Positions 20,475 to 30,920 of a stretch of DNA of 64,000 nucleotides are shown here, piece after piece. This stretch comes from an uncultured virus (IMG/VR IMGVR_UViG_3300031269_000004) (lineage: Duplodnaviria; Heunggongvirae; Uroviricota; Caudoviricetes). The notes under the pieces were generated by a model. That model was given only the letters and a program-made list of their open reading frames with translations, searched no databases and was not told the DNA's origin. The stretch lies in the IMG/VR virus record IMGVR_UViG_3300031269_000004; one strand, written 5' to 3'. The translations under genes and the position numbers were made by a program. The stretch's first letter is position 1; every line of letters starts with the position of its first letter.

Positions 20475-21386
20475 ATGCAAAACAAGCAAATAGAATACTA
20501 CATATTAGGTTTTAAACGACTTTCTGAATTTCCTAAACCGGGCTCTATTGTAGCACTGCCACAAACTGTTATTGAAGCTCATATAGAATCTATTGAATTG
20601 GAAAGAGAACCAGGAGCAGCAGCAAATGGCCTACGCATAGCAGCAAGACTACTAGCCCAAACTGACGTCGAACACAAAAAACTTTTTATTGACTCACCAG
20701 AAGAAGTTAAACACAAATTGTATTGTGAAGTTGCAGTTGGTGTAGACTCAATAATTATACCTGAAAGTAAGCGTGATCAAATGCTTGCTAAATTAGATAT
20801 CCAAAGTATGTTCATGTGGCCTACTGACATTAAGGATCAAGACAAATTTATAGAAATTGATGTTAATGATTTAGTTGTTATAGAGCCTGTACTTTGTAAT
20901 TGTGATCAACTTATTATTGACACAAAACCTAACGAGTCTACTAGCTTTGGTTGGCCAATTAAAACAAAGTCAAGCAAACAACTATATAGATCATACAACG
21001 CAGTTAGCAGCGAAGAACAAAAAGAACTTAAAGAAACTTTGTCTGCTCTATTATTCACAATGGGTCTAAAAGAGTGGTCTAGAATAATACCATACAACCC
21101 TAACATGTCACAGCATGCTACAAAATATCCAGCAGATGTTAATGCTAAATCAGGTAGCGACTATGTAAATCTGCTAAGAGAACACCCATTGCATCAATAC
21201 AGCAAGTTACTGTATCTTAACATTATTGCAACAATACTGGATCAAGGCCTACCTGTAGTCGAAGACCTAAGAAACGAGTTGTACTATTCAGTATTCGATA
21301 CAATGCTAGGTACAGGTGTTAGCGATGGCACAAGGACATATATCCCAAGTGATAGTAAGAAAAGACTTGATAACGAAGAAGACTAA
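20475..21386 (+). CDS. hypothetical protein
   Basis: Long ORF. Confidence 0.7.
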   Translation: MQNKQIEYYILGFKRLSEFPKPGSIVALPQTVIEAHIESIELEREPGAAANGLRIAARLLAQTDVEHKKLFIDSPEEVKHKLYCEVAVGVDSIIIPESKRDQMLAKLDIQSMFMWPTDIKDQDKFIEIDVNDLVVIEPVLCNCDQLIIDTKPNESTSFGWPIKTKSSKQLYRSYNAVSSEEQKELKETLSALLFTMGLKEWSRIIPYNPNMSQHATKYPADVNAKSGSDYVNLLREHPLHQYSKLLYLNIIATILDQGLPVVEDLRNELYYSVFDTMLGTGVSDGTRTYIPSDSKKRLDNEED

Positions 21387-21396
21387 AAACAAAATT

Positions 21397-22020
21397 ATGT
21401 TAGACACATTACAAAAAGAATACGGTGGTATGAACCACATTATGATAGACGTTGAAACTGTCGCAAAAAACGATACACCAATCATGCCTCAAATTAGTGC
21501 AATGCAATTTTGCCCACTAACAGGTGAACTAGGCAAATCTTTTGATATTAGAATTGATATGCAAAGTGCTCAGGATGCAGGTTTAGGTATTGATGTTAGC
21601 ACAGTTACTTGGTGGTTACAACAATCACAAGATGCAAAAAATACTGTATTTTTTAACGACAAACAACAATATATAGAAGTGCATGAAGCATTTAGACAAT
21701 TTTTAAATTGGCTAACGTCTGTTGCACCTTTTGGTGATAAGTCACAGCTTAAAGTTTGGGGTAACGGCCCTAGTTTTGATACAGCTAAAGTTCGTGCTGT
21801 ATACAAAAAACTTGGCTACACCGTTGAACCTTGGGCATTTTACAACGAAAGATGTGTTAGAACAATTAGTGCACTTAACGGTAACTATAAAAAAGAAACG
21901 GTATTCATAGGGACAAAGCATGATGGCCTTGCAGATTGTAAGCATCAAATTACATATATACATAGTGTTTTTCAGGACATATGCGAAGCACTAGCAGCAT
22001 CGATTAACAATAAACCGTAG
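21397..22020 (+). CDS. DEDDh 3'-5' exonuclease (ExoVIII/Rv2179c-like)
   Basis: HIMIDVET, WGNGPSFD, ERCVRT, HDGLADC. Confidence 0.85.
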   Translation: MLDTLQKEYGGMNHIMIDVETVAKNDTPIMPQISAMQFCPLTGELGKSFDIRIDMQSAQDAGLGIDVSTVTWWLQQSQDAKNTVFFNDKQQYIEVHEAFRQFLNWLTSVAPFGDKSQLKVWGNGPSFDTAKVRAVYKKLGYTVEPWAFYNERCVRTISALNGNYKKETVFIGTKHDGLADCKHQITYIHSVFQDICEALAASINNKP

Positions 22021-22388
22021 CAAAAACTTTGACTATGATTATGATTACAAAATATATAGATACTTGGAAACTTAAAAAATGGCAAAGCAATTTGCTATAT
22101 ACACTATTTGGGTTAGTTTACCCAGCTAAAATTGTAAAAGGTGACAAAATTAGATGTTATGGTGTAGGCTACCCTCATTGGAAAGGTGAAGAGTTTGAAT
22201 GTACACTTGACTTTAAGGATGGTACTATAGGTATAAGAGGCGCAGTAAGAGTAGCCGAAAAAGACTTTAGAAAACTATAGATGCAACGTAAAGAAACAGA
22301 ACTCGAATTACTTCAAAATATATTGACTGTTGTAACTGAACGGTCACTAGCGTTGTAACATTCTCGATTAACACGAAACAGTAATCTT

Positions 22389-22721
22389 ATGAAAAGAATT
22401 AAAAATTTTATTAGCAGCTGCATAATGCAAGGCATTAATGATGCTCAGCCTAAAGAAGACATTATAACTACTATTATCGAAAGTCATAAAGTGGCTGAAA
22501 ATAATTGGCTTGAAAAGAAAAAAAATCAAAGCCAATATGAAATCGTTTGCTTAATAGCAGACTGTAGAGGTATACGGCGTGAACGCGCTACGGAAGAAAT
22601 GCATAGACACGTAGAAAAAGTCCATGACAACAATGACAGCATACTGTTAGAAACAAAAATCGTAACAAAAACAGGGCATATACTAATTAGTTCTTATGCT
22701 CGTCTTAAATACAAACTGTAA
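22389..22721 (+). CDS. hypothetical protein
   Basis: ORF. Confidence 0.55.
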   Translation: MKRIKNFISSCIMQGINDAQPKEDIITTIIESHKVAENNWLEKKKNQSQYEIVCLIADCRGIRRERATEEMHRHVEKVHDNNDSILLETKIVTKTGHILISSYARLKYKL

Positions 22722-23026
22722 TGGCAAAAAAGATAAATAATACAATTAACGTAGAGATACTTAAGTCCGTTATGTCAATTTGGACTACAGCGACTAGGCT
22801 ATTAATGTTCATAACTATAATAAAAGGACTGTCTATTGGTGTCATCGTCTCAGCAACAGCACTTAGTCTACTGTTGCAAGTAAACGAAGTGACATATTGG
22901 TCATTAGTAGCAATAGGTATTTCACTGTTGCTTTGTGTTACTTGCTTTTTGTTGACGAGGTCTATAAATGTTCAGTTTACTGTCGGTGTCGACACAATTA
23001 TGCAAACATCTAAAGGCGTTATTTAG
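22721..23026 (+). CDS. small two-TM membrane protein
   Basis: Two hydrophobic segments. Confidence 0.55.
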   Translation: MAKKINNTINVEILKSVMSIWTTATRLLMFITIIKGLSIGVIVSATALSLLLQVNEVTYWSLVAIGISLLLCVTCFLLTRSINVQFTVGVDTIMQTSKGVI

Positions 23027-23054
23027 ATGACAATTATTAACATGGTGTATACAT

Positions 23055-23294
23055 ATGAAATCATTAACAGCACGCATTAACGAAAGCTTTATCACAGAAG
23101 CAATTTCAGTCACAAAAGGCCATTTCGACAAGTACTTTAAGTTAATAGCCAAAGACATTGGTGCAAGAAGTTACGACGTCAATATAAAAGATGGTCTTAC
23201 GGAAGTCAAATTTGATAACAGTCTTAGCCTTTATGTTGCAATTGACAACGACCAGACTGGTCGACTGGTTGCATATTCAGTAGAAGGTGTCTAA
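23055..23294 (+). CDS. putative internal head protein
   Basis: MKSLTARINESFITE; TATACATA immediately upstream. Confidence 0.6.
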   Translation: MKSLTARINESFITEAISVTKGHFDKYFKLIAKDIGARSYDVNIKDGLTEVKFDNSLSLYVAIDNDQTGRLVAYSVEGV

Positions 23295-23547
23295 TGTTAA
23301 GACTACTAGTTGGCTTAACATTAGACTACTTAAGTCAACGGTTGCTAATGATGCCTCTAGTCACTTTGTTGATCACGGTATGACAATAGATCAGTGCACG
23401 CAAGACATTACTGATACAAAAATAGTAAACAGTAGTGACTTCAGTAAACCATTTGACATTACGCACAATCTTATTAAGCGTAAATTTTAATTGCTTAGCA
23501 AGTTTATGGCAATATAGTTTAATTACATTATACAAATTACACAAGTT

Positions 23548-24519
23548 ATGCAACAAAAAGTAAAAAAGTTGTCTGAAAAGTTATGGGTTGAAAAGTACAG
23601 ACCTAAGCAGCTAAAGTCATTAATTATACCAGAAAGAATAAGAACAAGATTCTCTGATGGTGATATTGGTGCAAACTTATTACTTGTTGGTAGTGCTGGT
23701 TTAGGTAAGACCACATTGGCCCATATCTTGGCTCAAGGTCGAAGTGCACTATTTATTGATGGTAGTACCGAAACAAGTATCGAAGTCGTAAGAGGTAAAA
23801 TATTAGACTTTGGCAGTACTGCTTCACTTAAAAGTCTTAGCAAAAAGGTTATCATACTTGATGAAGCAGAGCAATTTAGTTCTGCTGCACAAAAAGCACT
23901 AAAGGCAACAATTGAAAAGTTTGCCAATAATGTGTTTTTTATTTTTACATCAAACCATCCTGAAAGACTAGATGCACCACTAAAATCAAGACTAGAAACG
24001 ATAAACTTTAACTTTTCTGATACAGAAGAAGTTGAACAAAAACGTCAATACGTTAAGCGCATACAAATGATTCTTGAAAGAGAAGGCAACTTTAAGGTTG
24101 ATGCACCTGCACTAACGTATATACTAAAACGAGTCTATCCTGATCTTCGTCAAATAATTAATCTTTTGTACCAGACCACAAGGTCTATGAAAGAAGGCAG
24201 TGTAATTACTATTGATCACGTATCTAAAAATTACGGTGGTGAAAACGTAGAACTATACGAAACAATTATCAATGAGCACAGGCCTGAAGCACTATACAAA
24301 TACATAAAGAGCAACCATAGTGGTAAAGAATTGCAATGTCTTAACTCTTTAGGTAACAACTTTTTAGAGTATCTTAACAATACCGAAAAATGGCAATCTA
24401 AAACCTTACCGGCTGCAGTAATTACACACAAATACCTATACGAAGCCAATACTGGTAGCATTAATCCGTTACTGCCCTTATTGGCAGCAGCTAATGCGTT
24501 GTCAGACCTCTTTAAATAA
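23548..24519 (+). CDS. clamp loader large subunit (T4 gp44/RFC-like)
   Basis: LWVEKYRP, GSAGLGKTT, IILDEAE, LKSRL, YPDLR. Confidence 0.9.
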   Translation: MQQKVKKLSEKLWVEKYRPKQLKSLIIPERIRTRFSDGDIGANLLLVGSAGLGKTTLAHILAQGRSALFIDGSTETSIEVVRGKILDFGSTASLKSLSKKVIILDEAEQFSSAAQKALKATIEKFANNVFFIFTSNHPERLDAPLKSRLETINFNFSDTEEVEQKRQYVKRIQMILEREGNFKVDAPALTYILKRVYPDLRQIINLLYQTTRSMKEGSVITIDHVSKNYGGENVELYETIINEHRPEALYKYIKSNHSGKELQCLNSLGNNFLEYLNNTEKWQSKTLPAAVITHKYLYEANTGSINPLLPLLAAANALSDLFK

Positions 24520-24750
24520 AAATAAAACTATGTCAAAACAAGAAGCAATACAGGCAGAAGCAAAATTCTTAGTCAATATTATTTATCAACCACTAGGTTT
24601 TCTTGGTTGCTCAGTTAACAATAGTTCACTTTGGGAATGGGCAAAAGGTAGAGCAGCTGACACACTGTCGTATAACATTGACAAGTTACCGCCACGCTCT
24701 AGAACACGAGGTCTTCAGACTAAAGTACTTGAACAAATAAGACAATTATA

Positions 24751-25275
24751 ATGAAAAAGTTGATATTTTTGGATATTGATGGTGTGCTTGCTGTTCCAGT
24801 TGAAAGTCATGCATGGGGACTAAGTGACGAGTTACAAACAAGACTTGGTGAAATATTAAACACTACAGGTGCTATGATTGTTATGTCTTCATCTTGGCGA
24901 AAGGAAACCGTGCACGACACAAAACTGTACATGGCTAGTCGAGGCTTTCAGTTTTGCGATAAAATAATTGGTGTTACTATTAGAGCATATCACTATTTAG
25001 AACGAGGTGCAGGTGTTCATCTTTCTATCCCTAGAGGTGTAGAAATCAAGCAATGGATTGACACTAACATACATTCAAACATGGGCAAAGATTGGAAAAA
25101 GCTTGATCTTGGTGTAGATTTTAATTATGTTATACTTGACGATGACACAGACATGTTACTAGAACAAAAAAGTAAATACATAAACGTTGATGGTATACTA
25201 GGTCTTACTGCTGCTAACGCTACTATGGCAATCAAAATACTAAACGAAAGCAACAAAAATCTTTTGAAAATTTAA
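24751..25275 (+). CDS. HAD-family protein (HAD_SAK-like)
   Basis: IFLDIDGV, SSSWR, RGVEI, YVILDDD. Confidence 0.8.
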   Translation: MKKLIFLDIDGVLAVPVESHAWGLSDELQTRLGEILNTTGAMIVMSSSWRKETVHDTKLYMASRGFQFCDKIIGVTIRAYHYLERGAGVHLSIPRGVEIKQWIDTNIHSNMGKDWKKLDLGVDFNYVILDDDTDMLLEQKSKYINVDGILGLTAANATMAIKILNESNKNLLKI

Positions 25276-25322
25276 CACTTTAAGTTGTCATGTAACCACT
25301 AATTGTTATATATTTATATAAC
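25267..25322 (+). promoter_or_regulatory. repeated putative early promoter, copy 5
   Basis: Same repeat. Confidence 0.75.
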
Positions 25323-25338
25323 ACTAAAACATAATAAC

Positions 25339-25842
25339 ATGGCCTTACTATTTCCCGATACTCCACAATTTATGCCTCACTATACACCAATACAAATGGT
25401 TCGGCAAGGCATCTTTGGTGGCAATTATTTTAATCCACTACTCGATGATATTATACCAGGTTCATGGCAAGATTACGTTCCTGGTGAATTCTTAGATGAA
25501 TTTCAAGACACATCAGGCAAAGATAACTGGTCAAGCATTCGATCTGCTTCATATGTAAAGTCTACCAATCTTCACGGTGTACTTAGTGGCAGTAGTTACT
25601 CAGATTGGCTCAATGCTGGTTGGCTACGAAATCAAGACCCATACGGTTGGTTTAACTGGTATATCAACTTTTATTACGGTCGGCGTTCTATTGATGATGC
25701 AAGACAAATTCGCCGATGGCAAGCATTTGGTATTAGGCACGGCGGTATGCTAAAGCGTTACCCTAATAGCAAAAAAACAAGGCAAAACTTATTACATTTT
25801 GCTATTGATTATTCATTAATTATAAAAAGCACACAATCATGA
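25339..25842 (+). CDS. uncharacterised protein (FGGNYF / QDPYGWFNWY...GRR..DD.RQI.RW type)
   Basis: ATG after promoter; aromatic motif pattern, function unknown. Confidence 0.7.
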   Translation: MALLFPDTPQFMPHYTPIQMVRQGIFGGNYFNPLLDDIIPGSWQDYVPGEFLDEFQDTSGKDNWSSIRSASYVKSTNLHGVLSGSSYSDWLNAGWLRNQDPYGWFNWYINFYYGRRSIDDARQIRRWQAFGIRHGGMLKRYPNSKKTRQNLLHFAIDYSLIIKSTQS

Positions 25843-26135
25843 GTCTTTATAAAAAACTAGAAGAACAAAAATACACTGTCGATATAAAACACAATACTGA
25901 TACTGGAAACATTAACATGCTATTCTGGTCTGATTGTGGTAAGCATGGTACACACGAAATACTTGACGAACATGAGTTGACAACTAAAGAATTACTAGAC
26001 ATACTACAATCGAATGAGAATTCACAATTGATAGCATTCGAAAAAAGACAACTGTCACAAAATAAAAATGACAGAAAGGTATTGTACTATGCAGCTGCTG
26101 TCTTTATTGCCTCAGCAGTCTTAACTTTCTTTTGA
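25839..26135 (+). CDS. hypothetical protein with C-terminal TM
   Basis: ORF. Confidence 0.55.
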   Translation: MSLYKKLEEQKYTVDIKHNTDTGNINMLFWSDCGKHGTHEILDEHELTTKELLDILQSNENSQLIAFEKRQLSQNKNDRKVLYYAAAVFIASAVLTFF

Positions 26136-26165
26136 AAATTTATGCAAAGCAACAATTTTCTTTTG

Positions 26166-26255
26166 AAAATTTAACAATTTAAGTTGTCATGTAACCACTA
26201 ATTGTTATATATTTATATAACACCAAAAGTTTTGGTTAATTACATCTTTGATGCA
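26166..26255 (+). promoter_or_regulatory. promoter copy 6 plus two-hairpin leader
   Basis: Repeat followed by ACCAA..TTGGT TAAT TACATC-TTT-GATGCA. Confidence 0.7.
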
Positions 26256-26276
26256 AAACAATAAAACATACCAATT

Positions 26277-26522
26277 ATGGAACAAGTTAAAATTGCAGTT
26301 ACAATAGTTGCTATTATAGTAACGGGGTTCTTTTTAGTTCAGACTTATATAATAGGGCAAAAGTTAAAGCGTGCTAAACAAGTCGACGATCGATACATAA
26401 AATTGATGGAATTCAGAAAAACACTCGAGACAAAAGACAAGCAACTTTTCATAAAGCTACCAACTTTTGCAGAAATGTTAAACAGCAATAAGCCACTAAC
26501 TATAGAGGCTTGGTCTAAATAA
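26277..26522 (+). CDS. small protein with N-terminal TM
   Basis: ORF after promoter. Confidence 0.6.
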   Translation: MEQVKIAVTIVAIIVTGFFLVQTYIIGQKLKRAKQVDDRYIKLMEFRKTLETKDKQLFIKLPTFAEMLNSNKPLTIEAWSK

Positions 26523-26532
26523 ATATAAAATT

Positions 26533-26751
26533 ATGAGCTACAGCATACATTATGTAACAGGTAAAAAGGAAACAGTAGATGATAGAACAGAAGCAGTTTG
26601 GAACCTTGGTGCCAAATATGGGGGTGTTGTTTACAATCACGCACTCAACATGGGACACATAAAGTTTGAAGATGACCATGCAACAGTTAATGATGCTAAA
26701 ATTGCAACAGGTAGTAGCTACACAGCATTCGATAGTGGCAGCAAACAATAA
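26533..26751 (+). CDS. hypothetical protein
   Basis: ORF with A-rich initiation region. Confidence 0.55.
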   Translation: MSYSIHYVTGKKETVDDRTEAVWNLGAKYGGVVYNHALNMGHIKFEDDHATVNDAKIATGSSYTAFDSGSKQ

Positions 26752-26800
26752 CACAACATTGTTATATTTTTTTAATACCAAAAAAACATAAAATAATAAT

Positions 26801-27928
26801 ATGCTTACACTAACTATTGATGGTAACTACTTTGCTCAAAGATTAAGAACTGCTATAGACCTAACATTTATCGATGATCCAGAAGCAGATAAGAAAATCT
26901 TGTTTACAGAAGCAGCAAAATCAATGGCTGCTGAAATCAGATCACTAGGTGGACTTATTAGCCATGTCGTTGTAGCAAGAGACTGGTCTTCTTGGAGAAA
27001 AGACATTACACCTGTTTATCCTATAGAGTCACAAAAAGAAGATGGCACCAAAGAAGTATACAAAGCAAATAGAGGAGGTGACAAGTCTTATGATGTAGGT
27101 GCATTCTATGCAGCATATGATGAATTTTGTGATCGATGCGAAAAGGCATTAGGTATACCAGTTATAAAAGCACCAAAGGCTGAAGCAGATGATGGTGTTT
27201 ATATTGTTAGTCTAATCTTAGGTAAAATGGGGCAGCAATGTCTAGCATGGTCTTCTGATGGTGACTACATACAATTAGTGTCTGACAGTTGTCACTTAAT
27301 GAAGTTTCCACAAAGAAAGCTTTGCATACTTAAAGGTGGTAAGGCAACAGCAGTTAACCCGATTAAAACTTTAGATGATGTCTTTGGCGGTAAAGCACCT
27401 GATAGATTTAAGGCTGTTTTAGAATCATATGACAAAAACCTTGTTGCAAGAGTTAATCCAATGAAGTCACTATTCTTTAAAATAGTACATGGTGATCCAA
27501 AAGATAACGTGCCTGAACTATTCATGTGGTTGTCATCAACAGGTAAAAGAAAGTATAGACCATCAGATAAGCAAATAACAAAGGCTTGGTTGCAACTAGG
27601 TTATGATTACACCGATATTACTGAAGACATGATTTATAATAAAAAGCTTATTTTTGAATTTATAACCGCCCTGTTGCAAGTAACAAAACAGACTAGAGAC
27701 CTTGATCATTGCTGGAAAGTTTATACTGCAAGTTTAAAGTTAAAACATCTTAGCATTAAGCAAATACCAAAAGAAATTAGCCAGTCGCTCGTCCGGGCAT
27801 GGAATGATAAAAAGCACATAAAGGCTGACATCAGTAAATGTACAAATTATCAAAAAATATTAGAAGCTATTAATGAAGTTGAAGCAGGTAGTTACTTTGC
27901 TGGCTTTGACCTAACAGAAAAAACATGA
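26801..27928 (+). CDS. 5'-3' exonuclease / T4 RNase H-like
   Basis: IDGNY, SWRK, YKANR, EADD, SSDGDYIQL, GDPKDNVP. Confidence 0.85.
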   Translation: MLTLTIDGNYFAQRLRTAIDLTFIDDPEADKKILFTEAAKSMAAEIRSLGGLISHVVVARDWSSWRKDITPVYPIESQKEDGTKEVYKANRGGDKSYDVGAFYAAYDEFCDRCEKALGIPVIKAPKAEADDGVYIVSLILGKMGQQCLAWSSDGDYIQLVSDSCHLMKFPQRKLCILKGGKATAVNPIKTLDDVFGGKAPDRFKAVLESYDKNLVARVNPMKSLFFKIVHGDPKDNVPELFMWLSSTGKRKYRPSDKQITKAWLQLGYDYTDITEDMIYNKKLIFEFITALLQVTKQTRDLDHCWKVYTASLKLKHLSIKQIPKEISQSLVRAWNDKKHIKADISKCTNYQKILEAINEVEAGSYFAGFDLTEKT

Positions 27929-28302
27929 AAACAGATAAACTAAAAGTCTACATAGCAAGTCCATACACAATTGGAGATGTAGCAGTAAATGTTCGGGTTC
28001 AACTGGACACCGCTGATGAACTTATGGACATGGGTTTAGTACCGTTTGCACCGCTAATGTCTCATTTCCAACACCTTGTGCACCCTCGACCGTACGAAGA
28101 CTGGATTGATGTTGACCTTGAATGGGTTAAATCTTGCGATATACTATTAAGACTTGAAGGTAAATCTGATGGTGCTGACAATGAAGTCTACGTTGCGAAT
28201 AGTCTAAAGTTACATGTTGTATATGGCATGGCAGAACTAAAGAGGCAAATTAATGCGGGTCTACTAACAAGACTTAGTGAATACTACATACATTACCCAT
28301 AA
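27925..28302 (+). CDS. nucleoside deoxyribosyltransferase-like (DUF4406/DUF1937-type) protein
   Basis: VYIASPYT, CD.LLRL.GKSDGADNE. Confidence 0.65.
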   Translation: MKTDKLKVYIASPYTIGDVAVNVRVQLDTADELMDMGLVPFAPLMSHFQHLVHPRPYEDWIDVDLEWVKSCDILLRLEGKSDGADNEVYVANSLKLHVVYGMAELKRQINAGLLTRLSEYYIHYP

Positions 28303-28308
28303 AGAGGA

Positions 28309-28347
28309 TAAACACAAGAACTAAACACAAGAACTAAACACAAGAAC
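28309..28347 (+). repeat. 13-bp tandem repeat x3
   Basis: (TAAACACAAGAAC)3 just before the thyX start. Confidence 0.9.
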
Positions 28348-28351
28348 TAAC

Positions 28352-29269
28352 ATGGCTAACGAATTAGCAAATCACAATTATCAAGCAATAGACGCAACTG
28401 TCATTGCTGACAGTAAAAATGAACAGACTGGAGACAGAATAACAAGTTTTGTACTTACTTTGCCTCGAATAGTACTGGCAGAATTTAATACACATAGGGC
28501 CTTGTCAAGAAACAGCGCCAGCTCTAGAGCAATACCAATTAAGACCATGTTGGAAATTGTTAGAGCTACACCATTCGTGCCGATTCGCTGGCAAAAAGAG
28601 CACAAAGGCATGCAAGGCACCGAATATCACAGCGAGACTGACTCTGAAATGCTAGCAGAAAAATGGCTATTGGCAAGAACTGCAGCAGCATTACATGCTG
28701 AGCAACTAAGTGCATACCCAAATGGTGGTGTGACAAAGCAATTATGCAATAGACTACTTGAACCTTTCCTTTGGCACACAGTCATTGCAACTGGTACTGA
28801 ATTAGAAAACTTTTTCGCATTACGTGCACACCCTGCTGCAGAAATACACATAGCAAAGCTTGCTGAAATGGCACTGGATGCACTTAATGCCAGTACACCG
28901 AAGATGTTAATGGCTGGTCAATGGCATATACCGTTTGGCAACAATTTAGATACTGGAAGACTAAAGACAATAATGTTTAAGCTTTATGATGCACCAGACG
29001 TTTCGGTATTAGTTAAGGATGCAATGGTTAAAATTGCAACAGCAAGATGTGCCAGAGTTAGCTATCTAAATTTCGAAGGTAAAGATGATTACTATGCAGA
29101 CCTTAAGCTTTACGATATGTTAGCTGAAATGGGACACTGGTCGCCGTTTGAACATTGTGCCACTGCAATGACAAAAGGAGGTCAGTCTGGTAACTTTAAC
29201 GGTTTTGTTCAACATCGAAAAACTTTTATCAAAGAAAACAAAACTGACAGCAGAGTAATAGCAAAATAG
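28352..29269 (+). CDS. thyX: flavin-dependent thymidylate synthase
   Basis: EFNTHRALSRNSASSRAIP, KQLCNRLLEPF, NFFALR, ARCARVSY, GHWSPFEH. Confidence 0.85.
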   Translation: MANELANHNYQAIDATVIADSKNEQTGDRITSFVLTLPRIVLAEFNTHRALSRNSASSRAIPIKTMLEIVRATPFVPIRWQKEHKGMQGTEYHSETDSEMLAEKWLLARTAAALHAEQLSAYPNGGVTKQLCNRLLEPFLWHTVIATGTELENFFALRAHPAAEIHIAKLAEMALDALNASTPKMLMAGQWHIPFGNNLDTGRLKTIMFKLYDAPDVSVLVKDAMVKIATARCARVSYLNFEGKDDYYADLKLYDMLAEMGHWSPFEHCATAMTKGGQSGNFNGFVQHRKTFIKENKTDSRVIAK

Positions 29270-29340
29270 ACTTACTGGCAAGTTTTTTATACATTTTTAT
29301 AACAAACTTGCCTATTTACTTCTTTAAGTGGTCTATTTTT

Positions 29341-29391
29341 TATATATTTATATAACACCAAAAGATATTGGTTAATTGCACATTTTGTGCA
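29341..29391 (+). promoter_or_regulatory. partial promoter copy plus two-hairpin leader
   Basis: TATATATTTATATAAC then ACCAA..TTGGT TAAT TGCACA-TTT-TGTGCA. Confidence 0.65.
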
Positions 29392-29412
29392 GAACAATTA
29401 AAAGTCACAGTA

Positions 29413-29751
29413 ATGAAGCTCGAAAACATACAATTTTTAAACAAAGGCGCCAGTATGATGGCAATCATAAGTACGAGGTCAGTCATCAATGAAGATGCAA
29501 TCGTTACAGGAACCAAAAACGTAATGCTACTTAAGATGCTAGTCGAAAAAAGTCCACAGCCAGTAGAATTTACAACTATAGCTAATGAAATTTGGCAATC
29601 TGATGCAGGCTGGAAAACACAAAGATCAATTGATCAATGTTTGCATAGCATTAAGAAGGCAGTAATGCCTTTTGGTCTAGAATTAAAAAGAGAAAGAGGC
29701 AAATCGATTGCCATAATTGAAACAGAAATAAACATAAACGAAAATGATTAA
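29413..29751 (+). CDS. winged-helix (OmpR C-terminal-like) DNA-binding protein
   Basis: LLKMLV...IANEIW...RSIDQCLHSIKK...ERGKS pattern. Confidence 0.55.
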   Translation: MKLENIQFLNKGASMMAIISTRSVINEDAIVTGTKNVMLLKMLVEKSPQPVEFTTIANEIWQSDAGWKTQRSIDQCLHSIKKAVMPFGLELKRERGKSIAIIETEININEND

Positions 29752-29977
29752 TCTAAAACACTATATAGTACTTGCATTGTTATATTGCGTAATGCCTGTT
29801 GCATCAATAACAGCATCTGCAATGAACGAAGACACTGTTCCAGTGGTTATCAACAATGACATCATCGAAGTTGACAATATGAGTAATTATCGCATTGAAC
29901 AAAAACGGGCATACGGGGAAACGTTTTTTGTATTGGTTGACGGCAGTGGCAAACCTATCCAGTTCATACAGCGATAA
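29744..29977 (+). CDS. small protein with signal-like N-terminus
   Basis: Hydrophobic N-terminus. Confidence 0.55.
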   Translation: MINLKHYIVLALLYCVMPVASITASAMNEDTVPVVINNDIIEVDNMSNYRIEQKRAYGETFFVLVDGSGKPIQFIQR

Positions 29978-30426
29978 TGACAGAACAGCAAGATATAATA
30001 AGTTCTATTGGTCTTTTTCCTTTCTATGCTGCGTTCTTTTGTACTGACGGCATATGGGAAAGACTAACTGACAAAGTCAAACTAGGTCATGCATTCATGA
30101 TAATGCAACTATTGGCAATAAAGTACCCTGAATACGTGCAGGTACTTAACAGGAGTCACAATGTTCATGTTATTGATGCTTTACATAATGCATTCAAGCA
30201 TAACGGTAGGCAACCAGGCTGGTCGTATACTAAAGTAGTACACAATAAGACAGCTACGGAAACTGGTAAATATCCAAAATGGCTAATAGATCAATTTATG
30301 AAAAGCAACGGTTTAGAACAAAAAAGCTTTGATTTTTTGGTGCAAATAGAACCAGAACTGATTATACCATTACTAGATGAAGAGATGGTTAAGATTAACA
30401 TGGCAGTTAAACCTAAAAAGAAATAG
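29977..30426 (+). CDS. possible clamp loader small subunit (gp62-like)
   Basis: Size and FMIMQLLAIKYP...LN resemblance; tentative. Confidence 0.35.
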   Translation: MTEQQDIISSIGLFPFYAAFFCTDGIWERLTDKVKLGHAFMIMQLLAIKYPEYVQVLNRSHNVHVIDALHNAFKHNGRQPGWSYTKVVHNKTATETGKYPKWLIDQFMKSNGLEQKSFDFLVQIEPELIIPLLDEEMVKINMAVKPKKK

Positions 30427-30710
30427 GAAAAAAGCGTTAAGCCTATGACGTAGTGGTTATTCAAGGAACAGAAACAGGAAAGGTAATTACTTTCAGGACG
30501 TACAGAAACGTTTAATGACTAAATAAAAATATATTGCCCGTACAAGTTGATGTTAAAGGGTTCATCGAAACTTATTTGGTTCAGTATATTGGCTACACTC
30601 AACAGGCTGTAAAATGGGTGTAGCTTTTTTTTAATAACAAGCCCTAAAAGCAACAATAACATTAACAAACAACTCATTAATTATATACGTTGCTGTACAC
30701 TTTAAAAATT

Positions 30711-30854
30711 ATGATGCACTCAGATAAAATAGGTAACGAAGTATATGTTTATAGAAATGGCATATTGATTTACAAAAAATGGCTTAAAGAAAATAATTCC
30801 GTAATATTTAACAACCCTCCAAATTGGAAAAATGACCAAACGATAACTATTTAA
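30711..30854 (+). CDS. 47-aa cassette protein (absent from ORF track)
   Basis: MMHSDKIGNEVYVYRNGILIYKKWLK...ITI filling one cassette. Confidence 0.6.
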   Translation: MMHSDKIGNEVYVYRNGILIYKKWLKENNSVIFNNPPNWKNDQTITI

Positions 30855-30920
30855 TAATTTTTTATTGCCTACAACGCATTGGGTATGGTTAGTGCGGAAT
30901 TAATAACTAAAATTTTAAAT

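Noticed and set aside
22080..22300. Full attC-like cassette around ORF 22029
   Set aside because: Only the junction peptide resembles the others; end complementarity too weak to call
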